Shown piece by piece: positions 12,986 to 25,010 of a stretch of 64,000 bases of DNA. The DNA lies in contig CM075987.1 in the NCBI GenBank assembly GCA_038087875.1, forward strand, positions 27,406,001 to 27,470,000, in the 5' to 3' direction. The translations under genes and the position numbers were made by a program. The DNA is from Malacoraja senta. Taxonomy: Eukaryota. How positions within the stretch are numbered: the stretch's first letter is position 1; every line of letters begins with the position of its first letter. The notes below the pieces were generated by a model. It searched no databases and was not told the origin of the DNA. It saw only the letters and a program-made list of their open reading frames with translations.

Positions 12986-13420
12986 AGTTTAGTTTATTGT
13001 CACGTGTACTGAGGTACAGTGAAACGTTTTTTGTTGCGTGCTAACCAGTCAGCGGTAAGACAATACATGATTACAATCGAGCCGTCCACAGTGTACAGAT
13101 ACATGATAAGGGAATTACATTTAGTGCAAGGTGAAGCCAGCAAAGTCCGATCAAGGATAGTCCGAGGGTCACCAATGTGGTAGATAGTAGTTCAGCATTG
13201 CTCTCTGGTTGTGGTAGGATGGTTCAGTTGCCTGACAACAGCCGGGATAAAACTGTCCCTGAATCTGGAGGTGTGCGTTTTCACACTTCTGTTCCTTTTG
13301 CCTGATGGGAGAGGGGAGAAGAGGGAATGGTCGGGGTGCGACTCGTCCTTGATTACGCTGCTGGCCTTGCCGAGACAGCGTGAGGTGTAGATGGAGTCAA
13401 TGGAAGGGAGGTTGGTTTGT
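12986..13420 (-). mobile_element. Rex1/Babar LINE 3' fragment
   Basis: Colinear with 61722-62160 (3' UTR plus the SHP.HSLFSPLPSGKR coding tail). Confidence 0.85.
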
Positions 13421-13574
13421 CAATGGATATTTTGAAGACAGATATAGATAGATTCTTGATTAGTCCAGGAGTCAGGGGTTATGGGGAGAAGGCAGGAAAA
13501 TGGGGTTAGGAGGGGGGAGATAGATCAGCCATGATTGAATGGCGGAGTAGACTTTATAAAAAAAATTTTTTTTC

Positions 13575-13856
13575 GAGATACAGTGCAGAAACAGGCCCTT
13601 CGGCCCACCGAGTCCGCGCCAGCCAGCGATCCCTACACATTAACTCTTTCCTACACACTAGGGACAGTTTACAATTTTACAAGCCAATTGACCTACAAAC
13701 TTTGGAGTGTGGGAGGAAACCTGTGCACCCGGAGAAACCCACGCGGGTCACGGGGAGAACGTGCAAACTCCATACAGACAGCGCCCGTAGTCAGGATCGA
13801 ACCGGGGTCTCTGTCGCTGTATGGAGGCAGCTCTACCTCTGCGCCACCGTGCCGCC
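13575..13856 (-). mobile_element. HE1-like V-SINE inserted into a CR1 3' UTR
   Basis: Full SINE; the CR1 tail breaks off at ~13553 and resumes at ~13862 (GATGGGCCGAATGGCC). Confidence 0.88.
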
Positions 13857-14316
13857 CGCCCATGATGGGCCGAATGGCCTAATTCTGCTCCTATCATATA
13901 TAAGAGAGGGTGGGGAAGGGAGGGGGGTAGAGTTGGTTTGCATCTTGTCCGGGTTATGTCCTTTACAAATGTTCGCCCCTCTCAACATAACATAACACTA
14001 CACACCTCATGTTTGGAGCCGCTCCATGAGAACTCCATGGAAACAGCGGTGATGTTCCCGAGTCTTTAATAAGCAGGTTTTCCTCACTGGAAGCAAACAG
14101 CTGGTGAGGTAACGTTTTTCCATTCACACTGGTTGATTTTAGGATCTGACAAAGGTCAGATATTGTTAGATGCACGTACAGTATGTGTTGGTTCTTGGAT
14201 GCATTGGGATAGAAATACCTATTTTAAGAGTTGGATTGCACAAGAGTTCTGGATGTGTTACAAAGCTTTACCTTGGAGTGAAAGGGCCAGCTCTCCCAGC
14301 AAGACTTCACAAGTTT

Positions 14317-14835
14317 TAGGAGTAGAATTAAGCCATTCGGCCCATTGAGTCCACTCTGTCATTCAATTATGGCCGATCTCAGCCTCCTAATCCTATTTTC
14401 CTGCCTTCTCCCCATAACCTCTGACACCCGTTCTAATCAAGAATTTGACTATCTCTGCCTTAAAAATATCCACTGACTTGGCCTCCACAGCCCTCTGTGG
14501 CAATGAGTTCCACAGATTAACTACCCTCTGACTAAAGAAGTTCCTCCTCACCTCCTTTCTAAAAGAGCGCCCTTTAATTCTGAGGCTGTGACCTCTGGTC
14601 CTAGACTCTCCCATCAATAGAAACATCCTCTCCGCATCCACTCTATCCAAGCCTTTCACTATTCTGTAAGTTTCAATAAGGTCCCTCCTCAACCTTTTAA
14701 ACTCCAGCGAGTACAGGCCCAGTGCCGTCAAACGCTCATCTTATGTTAACCTACTCATTCCTGGGATCATTCCTGTAAACCTCCTCTGGACCCGCTCCAG
14801 AGCCAGCACATCCTTCCTCAGATGCGGGGCCGAAA
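14317..14835 (-). mobile_element. CR1 LINE 3' fragment
   Basis: ORF 14393..14731: LGLYSLEFKRLRRDLIETYRI...TRGHSLRIKG...QRVVNLWNSLP. Confidence 0.9.
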
Positions 14836-15000
14836 ATTGTCAGGGCAGCAACTCTGGAGAAAAGGAATAGGTGACGTTTTGGGTCGAGAACCTTCTTCAA
14901 CCTGTGGATGTTCACTATTGTTTTCGTTATTCCAGCCGCAAATTTTCCCAAAACTCATGAGATTTTTGGTGTTGTTTAATTTAGTTTAGTTTAGAGATAG

Positions 15001-15305
15001 TTCAAGTTCAAGTGAGTTTATTGTCATGTGTCCCTGATAGGACAATGAAATTCTTGCTTTGCTTCAGCACAACAGAACATAGTAGGCATTGACTACAAAA
15101 CAGATCAGTGTGTCCATATACCATTCTATAAATATATACACACATGAATCAATATACTGATAAAGTGCAAATAACAGTATTGGCTAATAAAGTTCAGTGT
15201 TATGTCCGAGCCAGGTTTAATAGCCTGATGGCTGTGGGGAAGTAGCTATTCCTGAACCTGGTCGTGGCAGTCTTCAGGCTCCTGTGCCTTGTACCGGAAG
15301 GTAGT
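15001..15305 (-). mobile_element. Rex1/Babar-type LINE 3' end (second subfamily)
   Basis: RFRNSYFPTAIRLLN-like coding tail and AAGAATTTCATTGTCC...ACATGACAATAAAC(TTGAAC)n 3' end. Confidence 0.75.
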
Positions 15306-15449
15306 AGGGAGATGAGATGAGATACAGCGTGGAATCAGGCCCTACGGCCCACCGAGTCGGCACCGACCAGCGACCCCCGCACCTTAACACTGTCCCACAC
15401 ACACTAGGGACAATATCACACTTACAGTGCCAGAGACCCGGGCAGAATA

Positions 15450-15760
15450 GATCTTCTTTAGCTGGGAGAAGGTGACAACAAAGCAAACAGAGATAAAATG
15501 TAGTCAGACTGGTGGGGGAACTAGGAAGGGGGAGAGATGGAGAGAGAGAGGGAAAGCAAGGGCTACTTGAAGTTAGCGAAGTCAATGTTCATACCGCTGG
15601 GGTGTAAGCTGCCCAAGCGAAATATGAGGTGTTGTTCCTCCAATTTGCACTGGGCCTCACTCTGACAGTGGAGGAGGCCCAGGACAGAAAGGTCAGCGTG
15701 GGAATGGGGGGGGGGGGGGGGGGGAGGGGGGGGGGGAGTTTAAAGTGTTTAGCAACCTGA
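15450..15760 (-). mobile_element. Penelope-like element, GIY-YIG C-terminal fragment
   Basis: Minus strand translates EAQCKLEEQHLIFRLGSLHPSGMNIDF, a typical PLE ORF end. Confidence 0.82.
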
Positions 15761-16341
15761 AAAATGATCAGGCAGAACTCATTTGGATGCAACATATTTT
15801 GGTGGTGCTGGAGCCTTGAGATGTAAAGTTGGGTGACGTTACTATGCAGGATAGAAAACGCTGACTCTAGTGTTACGCCCCACCTGCTCAGAGTCCATGA
15901 CAGCTACTTGTGTCCAGAGCTAAGTGGGCAGGCCCTGGCAATATGCTCCAGGCATCCATATCTTCAACAAGACGGAAATAATCACGGTAAAATAGATGTA
16001 AGTGTTGAACACAAACCTGTATATCCAATTCATATGGCGGTTTCTATGTATCTCCCTCTCCCTTGAAGGGTCTCGACCCGAAACGTCACCCATTCCTTCT
16101 CTCCAGAGATGCTGCCTGTCCCAGCTGAGTTCAAGAGTCAAGAGAGTTTTATTGTCATGTGTCCCAGATAGGACAATGAAATTCTTGCTTGCTGCAGCAC
16201 AACAGAATATTGTAAACATAAATACAGATCAGTATGTCCATATACCATAGAATATATATATACACGTAAATAAACAGATAAAGTGCAATAGGCTGTTATC
16301 GTTCAGAGTTACTCCAGCATTTTGTGTCTATCTCCGGTTTA

Positions 16342-17410
16342 CATAGATACATAGATACATAGAAAATAGGTGCAGGAGTAGGCCATTCGGCCCTTCGAGC
16401 CTGCACCACCATTCAATATGATCATGGCTGATCATCCAACTCAGTATCCCGTACCTGCCTTCTCTCCATACCCCCTGATCCCTTTAGCCACAAGGGCCAC
16501 ATCTAACTCCCTCTTAAATATAGCCAATGAACTGGCGTCAACTACCCTCTGTGGCAGAGAGTTCCAGAGATTCACCACTCTCTGTGTGAAAAAGTTTTTC
16601 CTCATCTCGGTCTTAAAGGATTTCCCCCTTATCCTTAAGCTGTGACCCCTTGTCCTGGACTTCCCCAACATCGGGAACAATCTTCCTGCATCTAGCCTGT
16701 CCAACCCCATAAGAATTTTGTACGTTTCTATAAGATCCCCTCTCAATCTCCTAAATTCTAACGAGTATAAGCCAAGTCTATCCAGTCTTTCTTCATATGA
16801 AAGTCCTGACATCCCAGGAATCCCAGGAATCAGTCTGGTGAACCTTCTCTGCACTCCCTCTATGGCTATAATGTCCTTCCTCAGATTTGGAGACCAAAAC
16901 TGTACGCAATACTCCAGGTGTGGTCTCACCAAGACCCTGTACAACTGCAGTAGAACCTCCCTGCTCCTATACTCAAATCCTCTTGCTATGAAGGCCAACA
17001 TACCATTCGCTTTCTTCACTGCCTGCTGCACCTGCATGCCTACTTTCAATGACTGGTGTACCATGACACCCAGGTCTCGCTGCACCTCCCCATTTCCTAA
17101 TCGGCCACCATTTAGATAATAGTCTGCCTTCCCGTTTTTGCCACCAAAGTGGATAACCTCACATTTATCCACATTATACTGCATCTGCCAAACATTTGCC
17201 CACTCCCCCAGCCTATCCAAGTCACCTTGCAGTCTCCTAGCATCCTCCTCACAGCTAACACTGCCCCCCAGCTTAGTGTCATCCGCAAACTTGGAGATGT
17301 TGCTTTCAATTCCCTCGTCCAGATCATTAATATAAATTGTAAATAGCTGGGGTCCCAGCACTGAGCCTTGCGGTACCCCACTAGTCACTGCCTGCCATTG
17401 TGAAAAGGAC
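16342..17410 (-). mobile_element. Young CR1 LINE: RT domain plus 3' UTR, cut off by the gap
   Basis: Open frame GVPQGSVLGP...YINDL...KFADDTKLGG...HLEYCVQFWSP; (TATCTATG)n tail; in-frame 9-bp duplication (IPGIPG). Confidence 0.95.
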
Positions 17411-17610
17411 NNNNNNNNNNNNNNNNNNNNNNNNNNNNNNNNNNNNNNNNNNNNNNNNNNNNNNNNNNNNNNNNNNNNNNNNNNNNNNNNNNNNNNNNNN
17501 NNNNNNNNNNNNNNNNNNNNNNNNNNNNNNNNNNNNNNNNNNNNNNNNNNNNNNNNNNNNNNNNNNNNNNNNNNNNNNNNNNNNNNNNNNNNNNNNNNNN
17601 NNNNNNNNNN
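17411..17610. other. Assembly gap (200 N)
   Basis: Run of N; CR1 sequence on the two sides is in opposite orientation. Confidence 1.
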
Positions 17611-17742
17611 TTCTCTGGCCCAGAAGGCAGTGGAGGCCAATTCTCTGGATGCTTTCATAGAGAGTTAGATAGGGCTCTTAAAGATAGCAGAGTCAAGGGA
17701 TTTGGGGAGAAGGCAGGAACGGGGTACTGATTGGGGATGATT

Positions 17743-18142
17743 AGAGAGATTAGAGATTCCTTTATTTGTCATTCAGACCTTTCGGTCTGAACGAAATTTC
17801 GTTGCCTGCAGTCATACATATAATATTAAATGACAAAACACACAATAAACACAAATTAACATCCACCACAGTGAGTTCACCAGGCACCTCCTCACTGTGA
17901 TGGAGGCAAAAGTCTTAAAGTCTCTGTCTCTTCCCTCTTTGTTCTCCCTCTGCGCTGAGGCGATCCAGGCTTCTGATGCTGTGACCCCGCCGGGCGACGG
18001 TAAGCCAGTCCAGCGGCCGAATCCGTGCTCCGTCCGCGACGGGCCGGCTCAAACTCCGCGGCCCGGGGTGGTCAAAGCTGCCGAAGCTGCCGCCCTCCAG
18101 TCCAGCGGACGCAGCTGTAGTTGCGGGAGCAACTACAGCTGC
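17743..18142 (-). mobile_element. GC-rich non-autonomous retroposon with a Rex/Babar-like 3' tail, inserted in a CR1 3' UTR
   Basis: Minus-strand tail AAATTTCGTTCAGACCGAAAGGTCTGAATGACAAATAAAGGAATCTCTAATCTCTCT; CR1 host at 17611-17742 and 18165-18213. Confidence 0.6.
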
Positions 18143-18763
18143 TCGAAGTGGCTGAATGTTGATCACAGTGGCTCGAAGGGCTGAATGGCCTACTCCTGCA
18201 CCTATTGTCTATTGACCAGTGTGTCATGGAGGGGGTGAGCTGCATTGTACAGTTTAAGGAGCATCCTCCCCTCCAAGACCACCTCCCATGAATCCAACTC
18301 CGTCCCCAGCTCGGAGACAGCCTTCCTGATGAAGTACGCTGTATGGCTGCTCCGATTTTCCATGCTGTATCTGTAAAACCTCTTGCTGTGTTTTACCCTA
18401 GTACAGTACAGTCTGTGTGGGAAAGCACAGGCAGAAGAGCCACTGACTCAGCCTGCACTGCAGCAGTGACTGCTCCATGAATATCAAGGCTCCAAGCTGT
18501 TCATGGTGTCCATGACTCCACTGCCAGAACTGCTACAACTTCAACTCAAGACAAATGCTACGTAGATGACTCATAAAGATCACAGAGCAACTCTCCAACC
18601 ACGTTTGAAGTGAGATGTCGGCTCATCTCAGCACCTGCATTGAACAGAAGTGTCAGCATTTACAAAAAAAATCAGACCCAAAGTGGTGGAATAACCTGGA
18701 CTGAAGGAATCGTGTCCCAACCCGGAACGTCACCTGTCCATGTTCTCCAGAGACGGCAGTGGA

Positions 18764-19035
18764 GCGGCACGGTGGCGCAGCGGTAGAGTTGCTGCCTCAC
18801 AGCGCCAGAGACCCGGGTTCGATTCTGACTACGGGTGCTGTCTGTGGAGAGTTTGCACGTTCTCCCTGTGACCACGTGGGTTTTCTCCGGGTGCTCCGGT
18901 TTCCACCCACATTCCGAAGATGTGCAGGTTTGTAGGTTAATTTTGCCTAGTGTGTAGGATATTGTTTGTGTACGGGGTGATCACTGGTCGACGCGGACTC
19001 GGTGGGCCTGTTTTCGTGCTGTATATCTGAAATCT
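18764..19035 (+). mobile_element. HE1-like V-SINE nested in a PLE pLTR fragment
   Basis: SINE head, V-domain and tail; PLE tail at 18720-18752 resumes at 19038-19095. Confidence 0.85.
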
Positions 19036-19167
19036 AAAGATGCCGCCTGACCCGCTGAGTTACTCCAGCACTTTGTGTGTTTTCTTGTAAACCAGCATCT
19101 GCAGTTCCTTGCTTCTCAACATGTTTGTGTGTCCACATGTGGGGATTGGCCATGTTAATACTGAGAG

Positions 19168-19185
19168 GAACACTAGAGGGCAGCA
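19168..19185 (+). promoter_or_regulatory. Candidate CTCF site
   Basis: GAACACTAGAGGGCAGCA matches the CTCF core CCASYAGRKGGCRS with one mismatch, in unique DNA. Confidence 0.45.
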
Positions 19186-19429
19186 TATTGCTCATGATTA
19201 GAAGATGACTCGAGCTGAACTTAAAGCTTGACGATTAACTTTGCTTACTCAGCTGGTTTGAGACAGGTTGGAGTTTGGTTCAAGCTTTATCCCTCTTACT
19301 TTAAATGGTCTATTCAACTGAATTAAAATGACCCGATCGAGGAGCCTGCTTTCATTCTGATGTTTTAACGAGCTGCCAGAGGAAGTATTTGATGCAGGTA
19401 AAATAACGACATTTAACGAACAACATCTA

Positions 19430-19660
19430 GGGCGGCACGGTGGTGCAGCGGTAGAGTTGCTGCCTCACGGCGCCAGAGACCCGGGTTCCATCCTGACTAC
19501 GGGTGCTGTCTGTACGGAGTTTGTACAGCGCGTGGGTTTGCTCCTTTCTCCTAGTGACCGCGTGGGTTTACTCTGGGTGCTCTGGTTTCCCCCCGCACTC
19601 TAAATACGTGCAGGTTTGTAGGTTCATTGGCTTGGAATAAATATATATTGTCCTTAGTGT
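19430..19660 (+). mobile_element. HE1-like V-SINE, 3'-truncated
   Basis: GGGCGGCACGGTGGTGCAGCGGTAGAG head and V-domain. Confidence 0.83.
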
Positions 19661-20069
19661 AGTAGTAGTAATAATAACTTTATTTGTATCGTAACATTCA
19701 TACAATTGAATGCAACGCAAAGTGCTTTTCACAAAAACACAGGTCTAAGCAAAACTACAATTTAAAACAATAAGGGCATAGATAATTAATAACTTAAAAA
19801 GCACAGATTTATATAAAAATATAAAACAAAAATAAATAAATTGAGAGTGTAAAAGGACAAAAACCCAAAACGCTGAGGACAAATACTGAGTCCCACGTAC
19901 TAAATGAGCACACAAGCTGCTGAGTTACTCCAGCATTTTGTGTCTATCTTTGATGTAAACCAGCATCTGCAGTTCCTTTCTATACATAGAAGAACGCAGT
20001 GCAGGAACAGGCCCTTCAGCCACTATATGGAACAGCATCCCTCTTCCCATCAGAACTGCCCCCTCCATC

Positions 20070-20283
20070 CACTCTTTAAAGTCGACTTAAAACTCATCTC
20101 TACTCCCAATCCTTTCTTGACGTCCTCTGAGGGAGGGCTATATGTATATATTTATGTATGTATTTTATCTATGAACCACTGTTGTATAACGTTAGTACCT
20201 CCACCAATGTAAAGCACTTTGGTCAACGAGAGTTGTTTTTTAAATGTGCTATAGAACTAAAAGTGACTTGACTTGACTTGACT
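20070..20283 (+). mobile_element. L2-type LINE 3' end
   Basis: TTTAAAGTCGACTTAAAACTCATCTCT (FK..LKTHL-like), then ATGTAAAGCACTTTG...TGCTATAGAACTAAAAG(TGACT)n. Confidence 0.6.
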
Positions 20284-21042
20284 ATCTGTGCTGAACATGA
20301 AGCCAAGATGATCTAACCTCATCTGCCTGCACATGATCCATATCCCTCCAATCCCTGCATATACACATGTCTATGTAAAACCCTTTTAGACGCCACTATC
20401 GTATCTGCCTCCATCACCACCCGGGCAACATGGTCCGGACACTCACCACTCTCTGTGTAAAAAAACTAGTCCCGTACATTTCTTTTCAATGTTGCCCCTT
20501 TCATCCTAAAGCCTCTGGTTTTTGACATTTCCACCCTAGGTTCTGAATGTCTACTTTATTGAAGCCTCTCGCAGTTTTGCAAGGAATTTGTTGGCGTCAC
20601 TGCAGGCCCGAACGTCACCTCCACCCGTCAATGCTGTTCAAATATTGGAGTAAGATGCATGAAGATATTCGCACTGTCGTCAGGATTCTCAGCCCACCTG
20701 CCCCCGACCCATCATTCTCAGCTGCCTGCGCACTGCTGCCAGGACAGATGTTTCCACAGTTGTGTAAAGCAGGGGGCAAACACTGGAGATATTTCCAAGG
20801 GAATGCTCCTGACGTCACAAGTGATCGTGGAACAGACATCACTGCGTTATTTGTGAACCTCAATGTTTGCACAGATCACGTTTTAATCACGCAAGTGTTC
20901 TGGCCACACAAACACCGCTGCACAAAGCTGTGCTTGCATTCCTGCCAGTTTCCAAGCAACTTTAATTCTTGTCACTTTTTGTGGGTTACAGAATGTGTTG
21001 CAGTCATTTGAGCAGCCGACGCAACTGCGTCACGTACTTTGT

Positions 21043-21360
21043 GTAGGAAGGAACTGCAGATGCTGGTTTACACCGAAGATAAACACAAAGCGCTGGAGTA
21101 ACTCAGCGGGACAGGCAGCATCTCTGGAGAGAAGGAATGGGTGATGTTTCAGGTCGAGACCCTTCTTCAGTCTGAGATTGAGGGGAGAGGGAGACATAGA
21201 GATATGGAAGGGTAAGGTGTGAAAATGAGAGATTAAAGGGGACGAAGTTCAAGGAATACGTAGAATGGAACATTGTGAGCTGAGGGGAAGCTGACAACGA
21301 GGCGTCCAATCCGTGAAATGTAATTAGGAGGACAGTGAAGGATTGGCGGAGGAATGGAGA
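21043..21360 (-). mobile_element. Penelope-like pLTR/3' UTR fragment
   Basis: Full tail GTAGGAAGGAACTGCAGATGCTGG... and a CpG-decayed hammerhead core at ~21143-21170. Confidence 0.8.
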
Positions 21361-21544
21361 GAGAATTCATATGAGATAGGAGCAGAATTAGGCCATTCGG
21401 CCCATCAAGTCTACTCCACCACTTAATCATTGCTGATCTATCTCTCCTTCCTAACCCCATTCTCCTGCCTTCTCCCCATAACCCCTGACACCCGTACTGA
21501 TCAAGAGGGAAAGCAAGGGTTACGAAGTTAGAGAAGTTAATTTT

Positions 21545-22165
21545 CAGACTTGCCCCGCACATGTCCATTAAACTTTCCCCCTCCCACCTTATAGCTATGC
21601 CTTCTAGTGTTCCACATTTTCACTCTTGGTTCAGACTGTCTACCCTATCTATGCCCCTCGTGAATGTATACACTTCTATCAAGTCTCCATTCAGCCTCCG
21701 ATGTTCCAGAGAAAACCATCCAGGTATATCCAATGTCCCTGTAGCTGAAACCCTCTAATCCAGGCAGATTCCTGGTAATCCTCCCCTGCACCCTCTCCAA
21801 AGCTTCCACGTCTTATCTGCAATGGGGCGACTGGAGCTGCTCCAAATGTAGCCTGACCAGTGTCGTATAGAGTTGTATCAGGACTTTCTGACTTATATTC
21901 AATGCCCCTAGCAATGAAGACAAGCATACCATACACCTTCTTCACCACACTATCTACTTGTGCTGCCACCTTCAGTGAGATATGAACTTGGACCCCATGA
22001 TCCATCTGCACATCGATGCTGTTCAGTGTGTTGCCATTAACTGTACACTATCTCAGGCCATTAACTGTACACTCTCTCCTTACATTCAACCTCCCAAAGT
22101 GCATCACCTCACACTTGCTCGGGGTTAAACTCCATCTGCCATTTCTCCGCCCATCTGTGCAACTG
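21545..22165 (-). mobile_element. Old, decayed CR1 RT fragment
   Basis: GVQVHISLKVAAQVDSVVKKVYGMLVFIARGIEYKS, with frameshifts. Confidence 0.8.
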
Positions 22166-22254
22166 ATCTATATCCATCAACTTCAGCAATGGCCACACAA
22201 TAAACCTCATTCCTCACCAAATGGCAGTGTGGGGAAAACCATCAGCATGTTGCA

Positions 22255-22781
22255 GCAACACACCGCGAGGCCACATTTGAAGTATTGTATGCAGTTTTGG
22301 TCACCGTGTTATAGGAAACATGTTGCTAAGCTGGAAAGGGTACAAAGAAGATTTACGAGGACGTTGCCAGGACTCCAGGCCCTGAGCTTCAGGGAAACAT
22401 TGGGCAGGCTGGGACTTTCTTCCTTGGAGTGCAGGAGGATGAGGGATGATCTTACACAAGTGTACAAGATCATAAAAGGGACTTTTACCCAGAGTTAGGG
22501 AACCAAGAAACAGAGGACATCGGTTTAAGGTGGGAGGGGAAAGATTTAATAGGAATCTGAGGGGCAACTTTTTTACACAAAGGATGTTAGATATATGGAA
22601 CTAGCTGCCAGAGGAGGTAGTTGAGGCAGGTACTATTACAACCATCAAAACACATTTGGACAGGCACATGGATAGGACAGTTTTAGAGAGATATGGACCA
22701 AACGCAGGGAGGTGGGACTAGTGTAGATGGGCATGTTGGGCCGAAGGGCCTGTTTCCATGCTGTATCACTCTATGACTCTA
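22255..22781 (+). mobile_element. CR1 LINE 3' fragment
   Basis: [31 protein letters not shown]; 3' tail GGGCCGAAGGGCCTGTTTCC...(ACTCTATG)n. Confidence 0.87.
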
Positions 22782-22794
22782 TCACACAGAGGAG

Positions 22795-23250
22795 TTCAGT
22801 TCAATTCAGTTCAGTTTCAGTTTAGTTTATTGTCACGTGTACCGAGGTACAGTGAAAAGCTTTTGTTGCGTGCTGTCCTGCCAGCAGAAAGACAATACAT
22901 GATTACAATCGAGCCATTTACAGTGTACAGATGCATGATAAGGGAATGACGTTTAGCACAAGGTAAAGCCAGCAAAGTCCGATCAAGGATAGTCCGAGGG
23001 TCACCAATGAGGTAGATAGTAGTTCAGGACTGCTCTCCAGTTGTGGTAGGATGGTTCAGTTGCCTGATAACAGCTGGGAAGAAACTGTCCCTGAATCTGG
23101 AGGTGTGCGTTTTCACACTTCTGTACCTTTTGCCCGATGGGAGAGGGGAGAAGAGGGAGTGGCCGGGGTGCGACTGGTCCTTGATTATGCTGCTGGCCTT
23201 GCCGAGGCAGCGTGAGGTGTAGATGGGGTCGATGGAAGGGAGGTGGGTTT
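22795..23250 (-). mobile_element. Rex1/Babar LINE 3' fragment
   Basis: LPSIDPIYTSRCLGKASSIIKDQSHPGHSLFSPLPSGKRYRSVKTHTSRFRDSFFPAVIRQLN. Confidence 0.9.
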
Positions 23251-23577
23251 GCTCTGCTTCTCCACACCTCCTCCGCTCTCTATGATCAAGCAGAGGGGGA
23301 TCGGAACTGTGGACGGCCCTTGCCTCTGGCTGAGAATGCCATGAGACCTGTGGGAGAAAGGGGAGCCATGCTGCGGGAAGCGGCTCTGCCACTGCTCGCT
23401 GCATCATCAAAAGGCAGGGACTGCTTTCATCCTGTGGTTGCGCAGCTGTGCGTTTGAAGTTCCTACCTTGTACACCATCAAACACGACACATACTTGATT
23501 CAGTCCGACCACTTTGCCTTCTAACATTACAGTACCCTTCAGAAGATCAGACATGCTCATGCAAATAAACACTGCAG

Positions 23578-23783
23578 CAGGGGTTGCCAACCTTTTGCAT
23601 CCCGTTTACCTCTGGCAACTTTAATAGCACATAACAATGTTATTTATGAAGAACTAATAATGAACAGATACCGGTATACCAGAACCAAACACAGTCAGTC
23701 AACGAGAACAAATATGTACAAATCCAGAATCATCAAATTTACCCCCTGGGTAGGTGGAATATACCCCCGGTTGGGAACCCTTG
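23578..23783. mobile_element. Non-autonomous hAT (Charlie/Ac-like) MITE, ~206 bp
   Basis: TIRs CAGGGGTTGCCAACC / GGTTGGGAACCCTTG; degenerate 8-bp flanks CACTGCAG / ATCTACAG. Confidence 0.65.
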
Positions 23784-23871
23784 ATCTACAGCAACAACCA
23801 GCAATCCCATGAGATTCCTCAAGAGCTCTGTGGATCAGCTCTGCTCTCCAGAGTCCTGGAAAAGTTAGACC

Positions 23872-24200
23872 GAAGGTAGACACAAAAAGCTGGAGTAACT
23901 CAGCGAAACAGGCAGCGTCTGTGGAGAGAAGGAATGGCTGACGTTTCTGGTCGAGACCCTTCTTCAGACTGAGAGTCAGGGGAGAGGGAGGGTTGGACCA
24001 CGTTGTGTTGGAGCCTGCGGCGTGGAGGCTGTGGGACTGGTGCTGAGCCGTCTCCCTCTCCCCTGACTCTCAGTCTGAAGAAGGGTCTCGACCGGAAACG
24101 TCACCCATTCCTTCTCTCCACAGATGCTGCCTGTCCCGCTGAGTTACTCCAGCACTTTGTGTCTATCTTCGGTGTAAACCAGCACCTGCAGTTCCTCCCT
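23872..24200. mobile_element. Penelope-like fold-back element
   Basis: Minus arm 23872-23990 and plus arm 24050-24200, each with a singly mutated hammerhead core. Confidence 0.82.
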
Positions 24201-25010
24201 ATATATATAATGAAGTGTTTTTGTTGTCTATTACAGTGTTTACAGAGGGCTGTGCGGACAGTAGCTTCGTGGAGCGCAGCCCAGAGCGATTTAACAAAGC
24301 CAGGGTTAGGAGGAAGGCTGCTGCCCAGAACCCGCCAGTGATAACCTGCATTTGCCCCCCACTGCCCGCGAGTGTGAGGTTCACAAATTGGACTCATGAG
24401 CCATCAGAACTGACCAGAATTGAGACGGCACAACCCGCCATCGTCCTTACCCACGGGCCGCCCCCATCATTGATTCTAATCACATTGTGTTTCTGGATGT
24501 ATGATAGCAGAGAACTCTCGGCTGGATGTCAATGCATTGGTTTGTGTTACTCAGTCTGGGCGGATGGCTGCCAGAGAGAAGGAGAGTATTGGGGGAATGG
24601 GTGCTTGGTGCTGTCCCTGCACACCCCGTGGGACAGTGCAGATGGTGCAGAGTGCTGATGGTGCAAGAGGCTGTGGTGAATAGTCCTCTATTGTGGTCGC
24701 TGTGTCCTGAACATATGCAACAGTGGAGCCTCACAACAGCAGACAGGAATTAACTGTTCTCCTTTACCCTCTCCGTGCTCGATATGTACAGGGACGGACG
24801 CTGAGACAGAAAGACCGTACATACCGTATGAGGCGTAATGAATCAATCCCTTTTCCCCTGTATGTGTGTGCATGGAAGTACTGATACTAACATACATCAA
24901 CCATCCAGAACTGGACTTAATGTTCGAGCCAAAACAACTTCACGTTAGAGCCCAGTTTATGACATTTGTGGGAAGGAACTAACTGCAGATGCTGGTTTAA
25001 ACCGACGATA

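Noticed and set aside
16441..17658. 405-aa ORF spanning the gap
   Set aside because: Artefact: it reads through 200 Ns and joins an oppositely oriented CR1 fragment; only 16441-17410 is real RT coding sequence.
21545..22781. Twin-priming inversion of a single CR1
   Set aside because: The opposite-strand fragments cover overlapping parts of ORF2 and differ in divergence, so they are independent insertions.
24215..24658. 147-aa ORF in unique DNA with an acceptor-like CTATTACAG
   Set aside because: No recognisable domain and no convincing donor; cannot be supported as an exon without homology data.
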